The position numbers and the translations under genes were made by a program. A stretch of DNA of 64,000 nt from Prorocentrum cordatum (Eukaryota), in the NCBI GenBank assembly GCA_963575745.1, contig CAUYUJ010000181.1, positions 310,001 through 374,000 on the forward strand, in the 5' to 3' direction. The notes under the pieces are model-generated. The model made no database searches, had not been told where the DNA came from, and was given only the letters and a program-made list of their open reading frames with translations. Shown here in pieces: positions 12,370 through 21,192 of the stretch. Position 1 is the stretch's first letter. Every line of letters starts with the position of its first letter.

Positions 12370-15300
12370 TCAGGTGGTGTGATCCTGGCTGGTGGTGGGG
12401 TCCTCGGTGTAGATGTCCAACGGTACATATAGCTGTAGCAGCTCATGATCAACATGTTCCAAGGTCGATCCACGGGCGTAGTAACGTTCCTGCCAGGATG
12501 TTTGAATGGCTTGCGCCATGTATCTTGATAATTCCGATGGTAACTCCTTATTCTGGGCCATTTTGTCACTTCCTTTGTTGTTACGTCCAATGCTGGCTTC
12601 ATGGTACTGGTGTCTGCAGCGGCAGCTGTCATTCCTCCTGTTGATCAGGGTGCTGAAGCTGCTGCAAGATACCTGGAGAATGGTAGTGGGCTTCCTGGAA
12701 GTCTGGCCCATTGAGCATTGGTCAATCGTAATCGTGCATACATTTGGTAACTTCATGAGCGCTCGCATCTCAGGGATAATCCAGCATGATGGGGCTTGTG
12801 GTCGCCAATTCCTCCTCGGATGTACCAGCAGCATGGGTATGTAGTGTTTTGCGCATGCCGCTGCCAAGAAGATCGATGCCCGCATTAGCAAGTTGTCCAA
12901 CGTGACTTGTTGTCGGTAACGCATCTCATTATTTGGTAAGCCCCATAAATATTGCGATGAACGTACTGGGGGAGGTCCTGCATATCCTTCAACTTGATGA
13001 TACCTGGCGCCACACCAGGTCTCGCAAGGCGGTTCTGCTAGAATGCCCAATATATGCCCTTCGGCGACCATCCTCGCGAACTTGAGAATATTTTGCCAGT
13101 GTGTGAGGTCTCCAGCCTCAGATAGTGCAACATCTACTTGTAGTACCACGCAGCTGAAATCATGTTGTTGTTCTATCCAGTCTTGCAGATCCCCTGGCCT
13201 TCTTCGGCCTGAGAATAGATGAAGTACATATTTGCACGTAGGCAAGTGAGTAGGTGCAACTCGTGAGATTGCCTCCTCCGCTTCAATGTCGTCAACGTCT
13301 GCTGCGTCTGGGTGGTCGTAGCCTCGGCGTACTTGCGGGTGGACAGGAACATGTTGAGGTGGCTGCGGTGGTGGAGGTACTTCGTCATCTGGAGCATGTT
13401 GGCCGTAGTCTTCTACTTGCTGCAGCCGATGTGTTTTTCGACGTTGGGGTGCATCCCGTCTGACTGGTTGTATTGCCTTCGATGCTCCATAACCTTGCTG
13501 CTTAAGTGCTGCTATCGTTGCTCTGTCCTGCTCTTGGCGTTTGTGGACTTCAGCATCGGACAGTGGCGCCATTGTGCTCTTGAGCACCTGCAGACATTCT
13601 GATACTCGACGAAGATGTACTAGTAGTCGTGGTCTGGAGTGATGTTCACTCTTGCACGCGTGACAGTAAGATCCAGCTGCATAGCGTTGTGCCGTGTCGA
13701 TAACGCGGTGGTCTCGGTGGATGTGGCCTGTCAAGGTGGCGATGTCGGCGTATTCATGCCCACATATGTAGCAGAAAACTGTGTGTCGGTTGTTGATAGC
13801 ATGATCTGCATCCTTGGGCTCATGTCCTTGAAGCTTTGCCAGTGCTTGCTTCCATTCCTGTAGATGATGTTCGTCTTGTTGCTGTGCACGGCATCTGTCC
13901 CATGCTTGCTTGAGCAGCCTTCTGAACGCCGAGGGGCCCTTCACTATGTTGTCGACCCATGCCTGCAAGGTCCTGTGTAACATGGGGTCGTCTGGGCCTG
14001 TGTTCATGTGTGTTGCAATCCAAGCAAAGTCCTGCTTGAGCTGCGCTGCCCAGCCAACCTCGACTTTCTCGCGATTCCAAGTAAGGTCCAACATCTCGAG
14101 CAGTATTGTGGGACCAGCTTCCAGTAATGCAACTAGATATCTGAGTCGCCGAAGTCGTATTCCTGCTTGGAGCGGCGGCTTCTTGGCTTCGTACAGCACT
14201 TTGCAAGTTCTTGGTCGCTGCCCATCTTCATCAGGGAGGTGAAGCCGTAACGCTGATCGATATGTTTTTTGATATGCTGCTTCGAGCGCTTTCATCTTCG
14301 TGTTGCTGACTTCGGCCCAAGTCTCGGCGTGGTACCCCAGGTGCACATTGATGTGGGTGTCGGCTATCTTGACTTTTGTCTCGCTGCTGAGAGGCAATAA
14401 CTTGTTAATTGATTTCCGTACTGGTCCCGCTGCGTCTCGGTGCCGATTCAAGTTCCTGGCGACCTGGGTGCCCACTGCGCCGTCCTTGTCGATCACCGTA
14501 CCCAAGTGCTTGTAGCATACCTCCACATGCACAACTAACCCATATCTCCTGGAACTGATGGTGGCTGGGGACTTGCCATATACCTGCTTCTTGGTGGGTC
14601 CCGAGCCTGGGCCTCTGATGGATGGTACTAAGGCTGTCTTGGTGCGCTTATAGTTGACCTCGAAGCCGTAGAGCAGCATGGCTCCATGGACCGTGTCCGC
14701 TGTCTTCCGCATTGCCATCAGCATTATATCATTTCGAGCCTGCACCACGAACAATGCATCGTCAACAAACGATACATCAGTCAATACCCTTTGTGCTGTC
14801 CTGTGTCTGGAAAGGCTCGGGTATCTGTTGTCTCGCTCTGGAACCTCGTAGCAAAGTCCTTGAGCCTTGAGGGATTCCGAGGCGTACTCCAAGGGCTTCG
14901 TAAATATAACGTTGAACAGGTAGTCCGCCAGGGAGTTGCCTGGTCTCGTGCTTCGCCTCGATACTGCCACTTCCTCAGTGTCTGCCATGCCAAAGTGCGT
15001 CAGGCGATGCGTTTCCACCAACTGTTGGGCTAGGTGGGGTCGATCCTCCAGGTGCTGCATCAGAACCGGTGCTTCCAGTGCCAAATGCGTGAGCGGCTTC
15101 AAGGCATTGGGGATGCTACACTTCTGCATAATATACGTTATATCTTGCTGTTCTGGGTCGTACACCTTTGTGTCTATGCCCAGCTGCCGTATGACTCTGT
15201 GAAACGCTGCTCGCAAGTCGATGAAATACACGAACCCTGATTGTTTTTCGTACTTGAGGAGCTGAAGGAAGGTAGTGACCGTGTGTCCTGCCATGGCTGT

Positions 15301-18300
15301 AGAGCGTTTGGCTCTTCCTCCTGTCTGGGTGTCACGCATCATGATGTTGACCATGCTTGCCAAGCTTCTGCGCAGGTACTTGTGGTAGTGCTTGGACACC
15401 TCGCTGTTAAGCAGGATCAGTCTGTAATACTCATTCCATGCCGCCTTATCCGCTGACTTGGCCAAGCTGATGCCAATACCATGCTTGAATATAAGTGGTT
15501 CCTGAAGTAGTAACCCCGCCTTACACATAACTGGATGGTACAGTCGGGCCAGTGGTCCAGAACCCGCCTTGAGAATCCCAGCACTGACGCCGTCAGTGCC
15601 TGGTGCCGTACCCCACTTTCCGCTGCTGAAGCTGTGCTGTAGCCATGGGAGCGGCGGGATCTGGTCCAAATCCAGCACCGTATGCATCGCTGCGGTGTTG
15701 ACTTCCGTGTTGTAGCGGTCTTTTATCTCTCTGGTGCTGAACAATGTGGCATCTTCCTGCTTGGCAAAGTGCACCAGACGACTCCGAGCAACTTTCTCAT
15801 CTTCATCAAGAACCTCTCCAGCATCATCCTCGTTGTAAGGCGCTGGGCCTCCTGCTGGTGAACGTCTCGAACTTCGTGTCGGGATCCTCCCACCATGGCG
15901 TAGGAGTGCTCTGGTTGCTGCTCCTTCCTGTTTGCTGTCATGGTTGGCGATGCTGCCTTGGAGTTCGTTGGCTATTTTTTCCAAGTGTGCTGCGCGGTCC
16001 TGTCGCAATAGCTTCGTTAGTACTGGCTTGGTGTCTGACAAGAATAATCGGGCTCCTGTTGATAACTCCCCTCCGCTGTCATCGTCATTTAGGTCCAAGA
16101 TCATGTAAAACTGTCTGGCTTCTTTAAACCAGGCGTCTTGCTCGGTGGCCTTGGTAAGTTCATCTTTCGCGGAGTACTTCTTCAGGTTGTCCCAAGCTTT
16201 GGTATCCGACAAGGTCGTGGCGCTCCTCAGCGCACGCGTGACGAACCTGCGATACCTGACCAACTTCATCGTTGTCCGCGTAATGTATGGCTGCCGTGGG
16301 GTAAGTGTGTCTGGCTTGAAAATCGCTCCTGCAATACTGACCACAGCACCATTTATTTCTTCCATCTGCTTGTTGGCATCCGTTTCCCAACTGTGCAATG
16401 GGAGATTACTTAGTTGGTCGCAGAAAATCTGTTGTCGTTGACGATCTTGTAGCTTGACCCTGTCAATCGCTCTCTGGCTTGTGGAACTTCTCCGCGGCTC
16501 CACCAGTAGACTCGTTCTTGCTATGACAGGTACATGATCTTGAGCGATGGTGCCCGTGTCGAAGTCCTGCAAGGTTTCAACGCTGGTTGTGCCTTGCAGA
16601 TACTGCTTGCTCGTGGCGATGTAGTCGATACGTTTCTCACGACCTCCATCTGTTGTGTACGTAGCTTTCTCCTGATGATCAATGATTGTGTTCAATAAGT
16701 GCACTTTGTAAATACTAGCAAATTCTCTGATACGTTCAGCATTGTCATCATCCTTATCCTCGACCTTGTGGACCAGTCCCCCTACTCCTGGGGAGGGTAT
16801 GCTCGAAAATGTTGCATTTGCATCTGCGAAAACAATAGTTGGCGGCCACTTCTGGCTGAGTTGCCAGAGCTGCTTCCACCATTTGACTCGTACTGCATGC
16901 TTGGACCCTTTTTCGTGATGTGGAACATGCCATACATGGATCGTCTCGTGTACTATGGGTGTTCTTATACATGCGATTAGTAGCCTTTCCGACCGATGGA
17001 CAATCCGTATGTGTTTCTTCTCGAAGAAGTGCTCCTTCTGCTGGCTGGTGGCATACGGCACGTCATAGCTGATCAATAATGATACCCCAAGCTTCTCCTG
17101 CTTGGAGCTGGTCTGCCGAGAGTTGAACTGCATATATCCATCTCCACTAGTATATTCCTCCGTGAAAGTGGTCTCTTGGATTCCAGCAATCTGCACCCCT
17201 TCATCTCGCAATTGGAGTCGCATCAACTGACCTCGTTGGTGCTTGATGTGTTTCGTAACGGCGCATCGACTCTCCCTGTTCGCAAAGGTCATCTGTTCCT
17301 TGTCGTCTACGATGGTCCTCTGTGCGTTGTACGTAGCAAGGTTCAAGTTCAGGGTCGTCTTGGCTTTGAGGGTAACCTTTGCTGGTTGCTCAGTAGCAGT
17401 AGGAGCGGGCTTGACAGGTAAGGGGTTCTTTCGGATAACCACTTCCTTCTCCGCCTGCATGAGTTGGTATGAAAAACTCAGTCCATCTCCGTTTGCTGGG
17501 GGATATGCTCGACCATCCTGAAAGTTTGTGTCTCGTAGAAAACTCCAGTGCATATGTTTCGTGACCTTGAGTTCATCAACGATGGCCATAGGGAGCGGGC
17601 AGTCCACTTCGAGGTCGATGACCACATCAGCAGTTGTCAAGTACTTCTTTGTGTGGTACCTGGCAATAGAATCGCAAAGTTCGTTCCAAGGTTGTCCAAC
17701 ATGACCTTTCACGTGTTCAACCATAGTATGCCTCGTTCTTCGCACTGTATCGTATGTGCTTATTGCTAGAATAGAAATGGGATCGTCCCTGGACGTGGCT
17801 CTTGTGATAATGTCAATGGCTCCTTGCGAATCTGTTAGAATGGTAGTGTCTGTGGTGTCCTCAAGTTGGTACGCCAGCAACAGCGCCCAAATAATAGCTA
17901 CCAGTTCTGCCTGCGTGGAGTCCAGGAGAGTGTAGTCGATGTCCAGGGAGGTACTGTCTTTGATAATGTGTCCAATCTGTCCATGGAAATGGAAATTATC
18001 TTCACTCTGTGAAACAAGCGCCAAAGCCCAGCTGGATGCTTCCTTGATCTTCGGTACCGAGGCGTCCGTATAAATGAAATAGTGTGTGGGGTCCACCTCG
18101 GTAAACTTGGTCAAGGTGACGGCTGCTTGGGCGAACTCGTGGACGTCTGCACCCTCTGGGATTTCCTGCAGGATGATCCACTTGTCCTTGCCCTCCAAGC
18201 GCTTGGTGATTGGTTCTGGGATCTGCGCCTCGCACTTTAGGGTCAGTGCCAGTGTCGTGTCCTCTTTGTGAAACTGCGATTGCGTACTCTCCACTACCTG

Positions 18301-18543
18301 CTTAACAAACCTCGCTCGAGCATCTGTGATGAGCTTGGTCTGCTTGGTGTCGAGGGCCTGCGTGGTTTGCCCGACGCTGGCTGGGGTAGACAGTGTGCGC
18401 TGCTCTGCATACTCGAGGGATTGGTACTTCTCGAGCTTCTGCCGCCTCTCCTCCTGGTCGAGCCACGATGGGGGGTTCCAGGACGGCGCAGGGACGAGCT
18501 GCGACTTGCCGAGAACAAGGGACCTAAATCTACCTGCGCACAT
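12370..18543 (-). CDS. LINE ORF2 polyprotein: RNase H - APE endonuclease - RT - zinc fingers - C5 DNA methyltransferase-like
   Basis: RNase H ~18085-17660 (IYTDAS, QAELVAI, LTDSQ, HVKGH...NELCD). APE ~17355-16515 (ATYNA, GIQET, ADAN, RIDYI, DHVPV). RT ~15620-14490 (APGTDG, IDLRAAF, RPGNSLA, FVDD, YKHLG). CYICG..H..H and CHAC..H..C fingers ~13780-13595. MTase-like ~13230-12500 (LHLFSG, VDV, PPCETW, DQCSMGQTSRKPT). Confidence 0.92.
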   Translation of the reverse strand: MCAGRFRSLVLGKSQLVPAPSWNPPSWLDQEERRQKLEKYQSLEYAEQRTLSTPASVGQTTQALDTKQTKLITDARARFVKQVVESTQSQFHKEDTTLALTLKCEAQIPEPITKRLEGKDKWIILQEIPEGADVHEFAQAAVTLTKFTEVDPTHYFIYTDASVPKIKEASSWALALVSQSEDNFHFHGQIGHIIKDSTSLDIDYTLLDSTQAELVAIIWALLLAYQLEDTTDTTILTDSQGAIDIITRATSRDDPISILAISTYDTVRRTRHTMVEHVKGHVGQPWNELCDSIARYHTKKYLTTADVVIDLEVDCPLPMAIVDELKVTKHMHWSFLRDTNFQDGRAYPPANGDGLSFSYQLMQAEKEVVIRKNPLPVKPAPTATEQPAKVTLKAKTTLNLNLATYNAQRTIVDDKEQMTFANRESRCAVTKHIKHQRGQLMRLQLRDEGVQIAGIQETTFTEEYTSGDGYMQFNSRQTSSKQEKLGVSLLISYDVPYATSQQKEHFFEKKHIRIVHRSERLLIACIRTPIVHETIHVWHVPHHEKGSKHAVRVKWWKQLWQLSQKWPPTIVFADANATFSSIPSPGVGGLVHKVEDKDDDNAERIREFASIYKVHLLNTIIDHQEKATYTTDGGREKRIDYIATSKQYLQGTTSVETLQDFDTGTIAQDHVPVIARTSLLVEPRRSSTSQRAIDRVKLQDRQRQQIFCDQLSNLPLHSWETDANKQMEEINGAVVSIAGAIFKPDTLTPRQPYITRTTMKLVRYRRFVTRALRSATTLSDTKAWDNLKKYSAKDELTKATEQDAWFKEARQFYMILDLNDDDSGGELSTGARLFLSDTKPVLTKLLRQDRAAHLEKIANELQGSIANHDSKQEGAATRALLRHGGRIPTRSSRRSPAGGPAPYNEDDAGEVLDEDEKVARSRLVHFAKQEDATLFSTREIKDRYNTEVNTAAMHTVLDLDQIPPLPWLQHSFSSGKWGTAPGTDGVSAGILKAGSGPLARLYHPVMCKAGLLLQEPLIFKHGIGISLAKSADKAAWNEYYRLILLNSEVSKHYHKYLRRSLASMVNIMMRDTQTGGRAKRSTAMAGHTVTTFLQLLKYEKQSGFVYFIDLRAAFHRVIRQLGIDTKVYDPEQQDITYIMQKCSIPNALKPLTHLALEAPVLMQHLEDRPHLAQQLVETHRLTHFGMADTEEVAVSRRSTRPGNSLADYLFNVIFTKPLEYASESLKAQGLCYEVPERDNRYPSLSRHRTAQRVLTDVSFVDDALFVVQARNDIMLMAMRKTADTVHGAMLLYGFEVNYKRTKTALVPSIRGPGSGPTKKQVYGKSPATISSRRYGLVVHVEVCYKHLGTVIDKDGAVGTQVARNLNRHRDAAGPVRKSINKLLPLSSETKVKIADTHINVHLGYHAETWAEVSNTKMKALEAAYQKTYRSALRLHLPDEDGQRPRTCKVLYEAKKPPLQAGIRLRRLRYLVALLEAGPTILLEMLDLTWNREKVEVGWAAQLKQDFAWIATHMNTGPDDPMLHRTLQAWVDNIVKGPSAFRRLLKQAWDRCRAQQQDEHHLQEWKQALAKLQGHEPKDADHAINNRHTVFCYICGHEYADIATLTGHIHRDHRVIDTAQRYAAGSYCHACKSEHHSRPRLLVHLRRVSECLQVLKSTMAPLSDAEVHKRQEQDRATIAALKQQGYGASKAIQPVRRDAPQRRKTHRLQQVEDYGQHAPDDEVPPPPQPPQHVPVHPQVRRGYDHPDAADVDDIEAEEAISRVAPTHLPTCKYVLHLFSGRRRPGDLQDWIEQQHDFSCVVLQVDVALSEAGDLTHWQNILKFARMVAEGHILGILAEPPCETWCGARYHQVEGYAGPPPVRSSQYLWGLPNNEMRYRQQVTLDNLLMRASIFLAAACAKHYIPMLLVHPRRNWRPQAPSCWIIPEMRALMKLPNVCTITIDQCSMGQTSRKPTTILQVSCSSFSTLINRRNDSCRCRHQYHEASIGRNNKGSDKMAQNKELPSELSRYMAQAIQTSWQERYYARGSTLEHVDHELLQLYVPLDIYTEDPTTSQDHTT

Positions 18544-18861
18544 CTGGCACCCTCAACTGGAAACCCAAACTCAGGAGGGTGTGGCGCGGCTAGTACATCA
18601 GCTCCACGTCCAGTAGCGTCCGAAGAGCTCGTGGTGGGAGCCGATGCCGACGGTGAAGACGTCGTAGAGGCTAGGGGGGTCTGTCGTACAGCAGATTTGA
18701 GGCCTGCTGGGTGCCTGTCTTGACGGCCACGTCCCTGGCATTGTACTGGAGACTTCTCGGCATGCCGTAGAGCTGCGGGTGATGCTTCACGCAGGTACGA
18801 GATACTGCTTCCAGTTTTTGAATTATAATACATGCATTCAGTAGGTCCAAAATGGACCTGC

Positions 18862-21048
18862 TTAGCGGGCCGAGCTGCTCCTGATGGCCGCCGCGTTAGC
18901 GGACCTGCCGAAGGGCAGCATCGACCTCCTGGCAATCTGCCTGGGCTGCGGTCCTCCGCTGCTGCCGCTGTCTTCCTCGTAGCTTCGAAACGAACCAAAT
19001 CGGGGTAAGGAAGATCCACGTTGACCAGGGCGAACTGGGCTATCACCTTGCGCGATGTCGTAGTGCTGGGTGCCCTGCTGGTTGCGGCTCCTACCTTCTT
19101 CTTCTCCTTTTCTTGAAGGGGAACGAGTCTCGGTGCGGCGGTCCCTCGGCGTGAACGGTTCAGTCGGACTGATCTCTTCCTGCTTGCCAGGTTGGGTAGG
19201 TGATGCCACTTCCGTGGGTGTGCAGCATGGCGAAGGCTGCTCCGTTGGAATAGAGGATGACTCGTCCAGGTTCCTCATCCTGAGGGCTGCTGCATACTGC
19301 TCTTGATCTGCATGGGCACTGAGGAGGGGACCCACCTCCCAAGCTGCTGCTGGTGACTCTGGTGCCACTGGCGTATGCACTGGTGCAGGTACGTGCCGAT
19401 GATCATGCCCGTGCGTGCGTTGACTATTCTCTTCGAGCATGGCCTCGGCTTCCTCCTTGATGACCGCGCGTACCATCTGGTCGGTCACCTCTTGAGCCTC
19501 GTACAAGGTGCGCTCCTCAACTCGCTTGGCCTGCACTTCGTCCCAGTTCTCGGCCTCTAAGTCGTGGTTGTCATCGGGCACTGGCTGCTGGGTCGCGGTG
19601 TCACCTTGTAACGAGGCCCTTTGCGGATTCTCCTCCTTGCGGTCTCCCCTGTCTTTGAGTGGGTCTTGTTGATCTGCTCGTTGGGCTGCTTGTTGCACTG
19701 CATGGTGTACTGCTTGCTGCGCTTGCTGTTGTATCATGGCGATGGCGGCTGCTTGCTGCTGAGCTTGATATGCTGCCTGTCGCGCTGCGACCTCTGCTGC
19801 CCCCGTGTCGACTATTGGCAGTTGTCCAACTGCTGCTGCTGCTGCATGCGCATGGGCTGCCGCCGCCGCACTCTGCTGCAGCCATTTCTTGTGATCGATG
19901 ACCTGCTGTCGCTCTTGTGTACCAAAGTAGTCCTCCGTGGGCGTTGAAGGTGAAGGTTGGGGTACTGCTGCTTCTGACTCTGCACCTTCCGCCGCCATCT
20001 GGCTCTTCATCTTTTCCTGCTGGTCAGTCATCCTGTCGATGTAGAACTGCTGGTACACGGCTTGTTGTTCGTAGAATGCTTTTGCCGCTTGTGACTCAGC
20101 CTGTACATCTCGAAGCTGCGCTTGCAATTTGCCATTTTCAACCGACTGCTGGGCTACCATCTGCATCAACTGCTGGATCTGTTCCATGTGACCATCTTTG
20201 TGTGGTGTCTCTGCGACGTGTGGGCAATATCCTGAGTTAGCTGGCGGCATTCCTCCTGCTGGGAACATTCGTCGCTGTGGGATCTGTCTGGGCCTTCCCA
20301 GCCTGGGTTCTGCTTGCATCACTTCGTCTTCCAACTCGTGCTCCTGCTCGTCATCCATTTCTCCTTCAGCTTCTTCCTCCTCTCCGTCCCTGTCGTGGAT
20401 AGCAACCACCAAGGCCTCATGGGCCCTATCGATCTGGTACTGTAGGTCATCCATCTCTTCGTTGATTTTCTTGGACTGCTTGGCCTTCAACCTGTACTGC
20501 TCCTTCAAGGCTTCGTGGTGCTTCCTGTGGCCTTCAACTCGGGCCGCTGCTGGACGCATTATGTCTATGATGTACTTCGTGACTGAAATCTTGAACTCTG
20601 TCTCCTTTACGTCCAGCTGTGCCTTCTTGCCTGATAGCGCCGCCAAGCCAAGCTGGGATTGCTTAGCATATATACGGTACCGAAATGCCCTTGACGCGCT
20701 CTGCTCTGTGGGTGGTTCTTCGAAGTCCCTCGATGATCTCGCTTCCTCTGGTGTGGCAATCGGAACCCCGTCAATCATCTTCTGTAACTCGGCAGAGCGC
20801 TTGGGTGGTGCTTTTTCTTTGTCTGGCTTGCGTCTGTTGCCCCTGGGAGTGTGTTGTCTCTGCCCTGCTTGTCCCCTTGTCCAACATGAGCACCTGTTGC
20901 ATGACCAGGGGTTTGACAATCCACACGTACTGCACTTCCATCTGCCTTCATGCCGTCCACCCAGTGAATCACGCTGCCCTCGCGTTTGTGAATGCTGTCT
21001 CTGCCTTCGGGAGTTGGAACGCTGACGCTGTTCTCCAGGGCTGGCCAT
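18862..21048 (-). CDS. LINE ORF1-like protein (RanBP2-like zinc finger, coiled coil, Gln/Ala-rich)
   Basis: First ATG inside the element is at 21048 and the frame is open to the element's 5' edge. WKCSTCGLSNPWSCNRCSC at ~20940-20884; E/K/Q-rich heptads follow; lies upstream of ORF2 on the same strand. Confidence 0.8.
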   Translation of the reverse strand: MASPGEQRQRSNSRRQRQHSQTRGQRDSLGGRHEGRWKCSTCGLSNPWSCNRCSCWTRGQAGQRQHTPRGNRRKPDKEKAPPKRSAELQKMIDGVPIATPEEARSSRDFEEPPTEQSASRAFRYRIYAKQSQLGLAALSGKKAQLDVKETEFKISVTKYIIDIMRPAAARVEGHRKHHEALKEQYRLKAKQSKKINEEMDDLQYQIDRAHEALVVAIHDRDGEEEEAEGEMDDEQEHELEDEVMQAEPRLGRPRQIPQRRMFPAGGMPPANSGYCPHVAETPHKDGHMEQIQQLMQMVAQQSVENGKLQAQLRDVQAESQAAKAFYEQQAVYQQFYIDRMTDQQEKMKSQMAAEGAESEAAVPQPSPSTPTEDYFGTQERQQVIDHKKWLQQSAAAAAHAHAAAAAVGQLPIVDTGAAEVAARQAAYQAQQQAAAIAMIQQQAQQAVHHAVQQAAQRADQQDPLKDRGDRKEENPQRASLQGDTATQQPVPDDNHDLEAENWDEVQAKRVEERTLYEAQEVTDQMVRAVIKEEAEAMLEENSQRTHGHDHRHVPAPVHTPVAPESPAAAWEVGPLLSAHADQEQYAAALRMRNLDESSSIPTEQPSPCCTPTEVASPTQPGKQEEISPTEPFTPRDRRTETRSPSRKGEEEGRSRNQQGTQHYDIAQGDSPVRPGQRGSSLPRFGSFRSYEEDSGSSGGPQPRQIARRSMLPFGRSANAAAIRSSSAR

Positions 21049-21178
21049 TGCTGAGTGATGTAGTCGTAGTAGTGTCGCTGCTTTGTGCAATCGTAGGAGA
21101 ACTCTGGCAGATGCCCTCGTCCGTCTCGTCCTCCTATGCCAGGCTGGCGACCTTGGTCGCTTGATACTGACTGCTGCT

Positions 21179-21192
21179 GGCACTCCAGGCCC
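21179..21192 (+). repeat. Target-site duplication, right copy
   Basis: GGCACTCCAGGCCC identical to 12319-12332. Confidence 0.9.

Larger units (their letters stand above)
12333..21178 (-). mobile_element. Non-LTR (LINE) retrotransposon carrying a cytosine methyltransferase-like domain
   Basis: Flanked by an exact 14-bp direct repeat GGCACTCCAGGCCC (12319-12332 and 21179-21192). Contains ORF1 and an intact APE/RT ORF2. High-complexity sequence distinct from the microsatellite-rich flanks. Confidence 0.93.

Noticed and set aside
21049..21183. GTG start of the 773-aa ORF1 at 21183
   Set aside because: That codon lies in the target-site duplication, outside the element.
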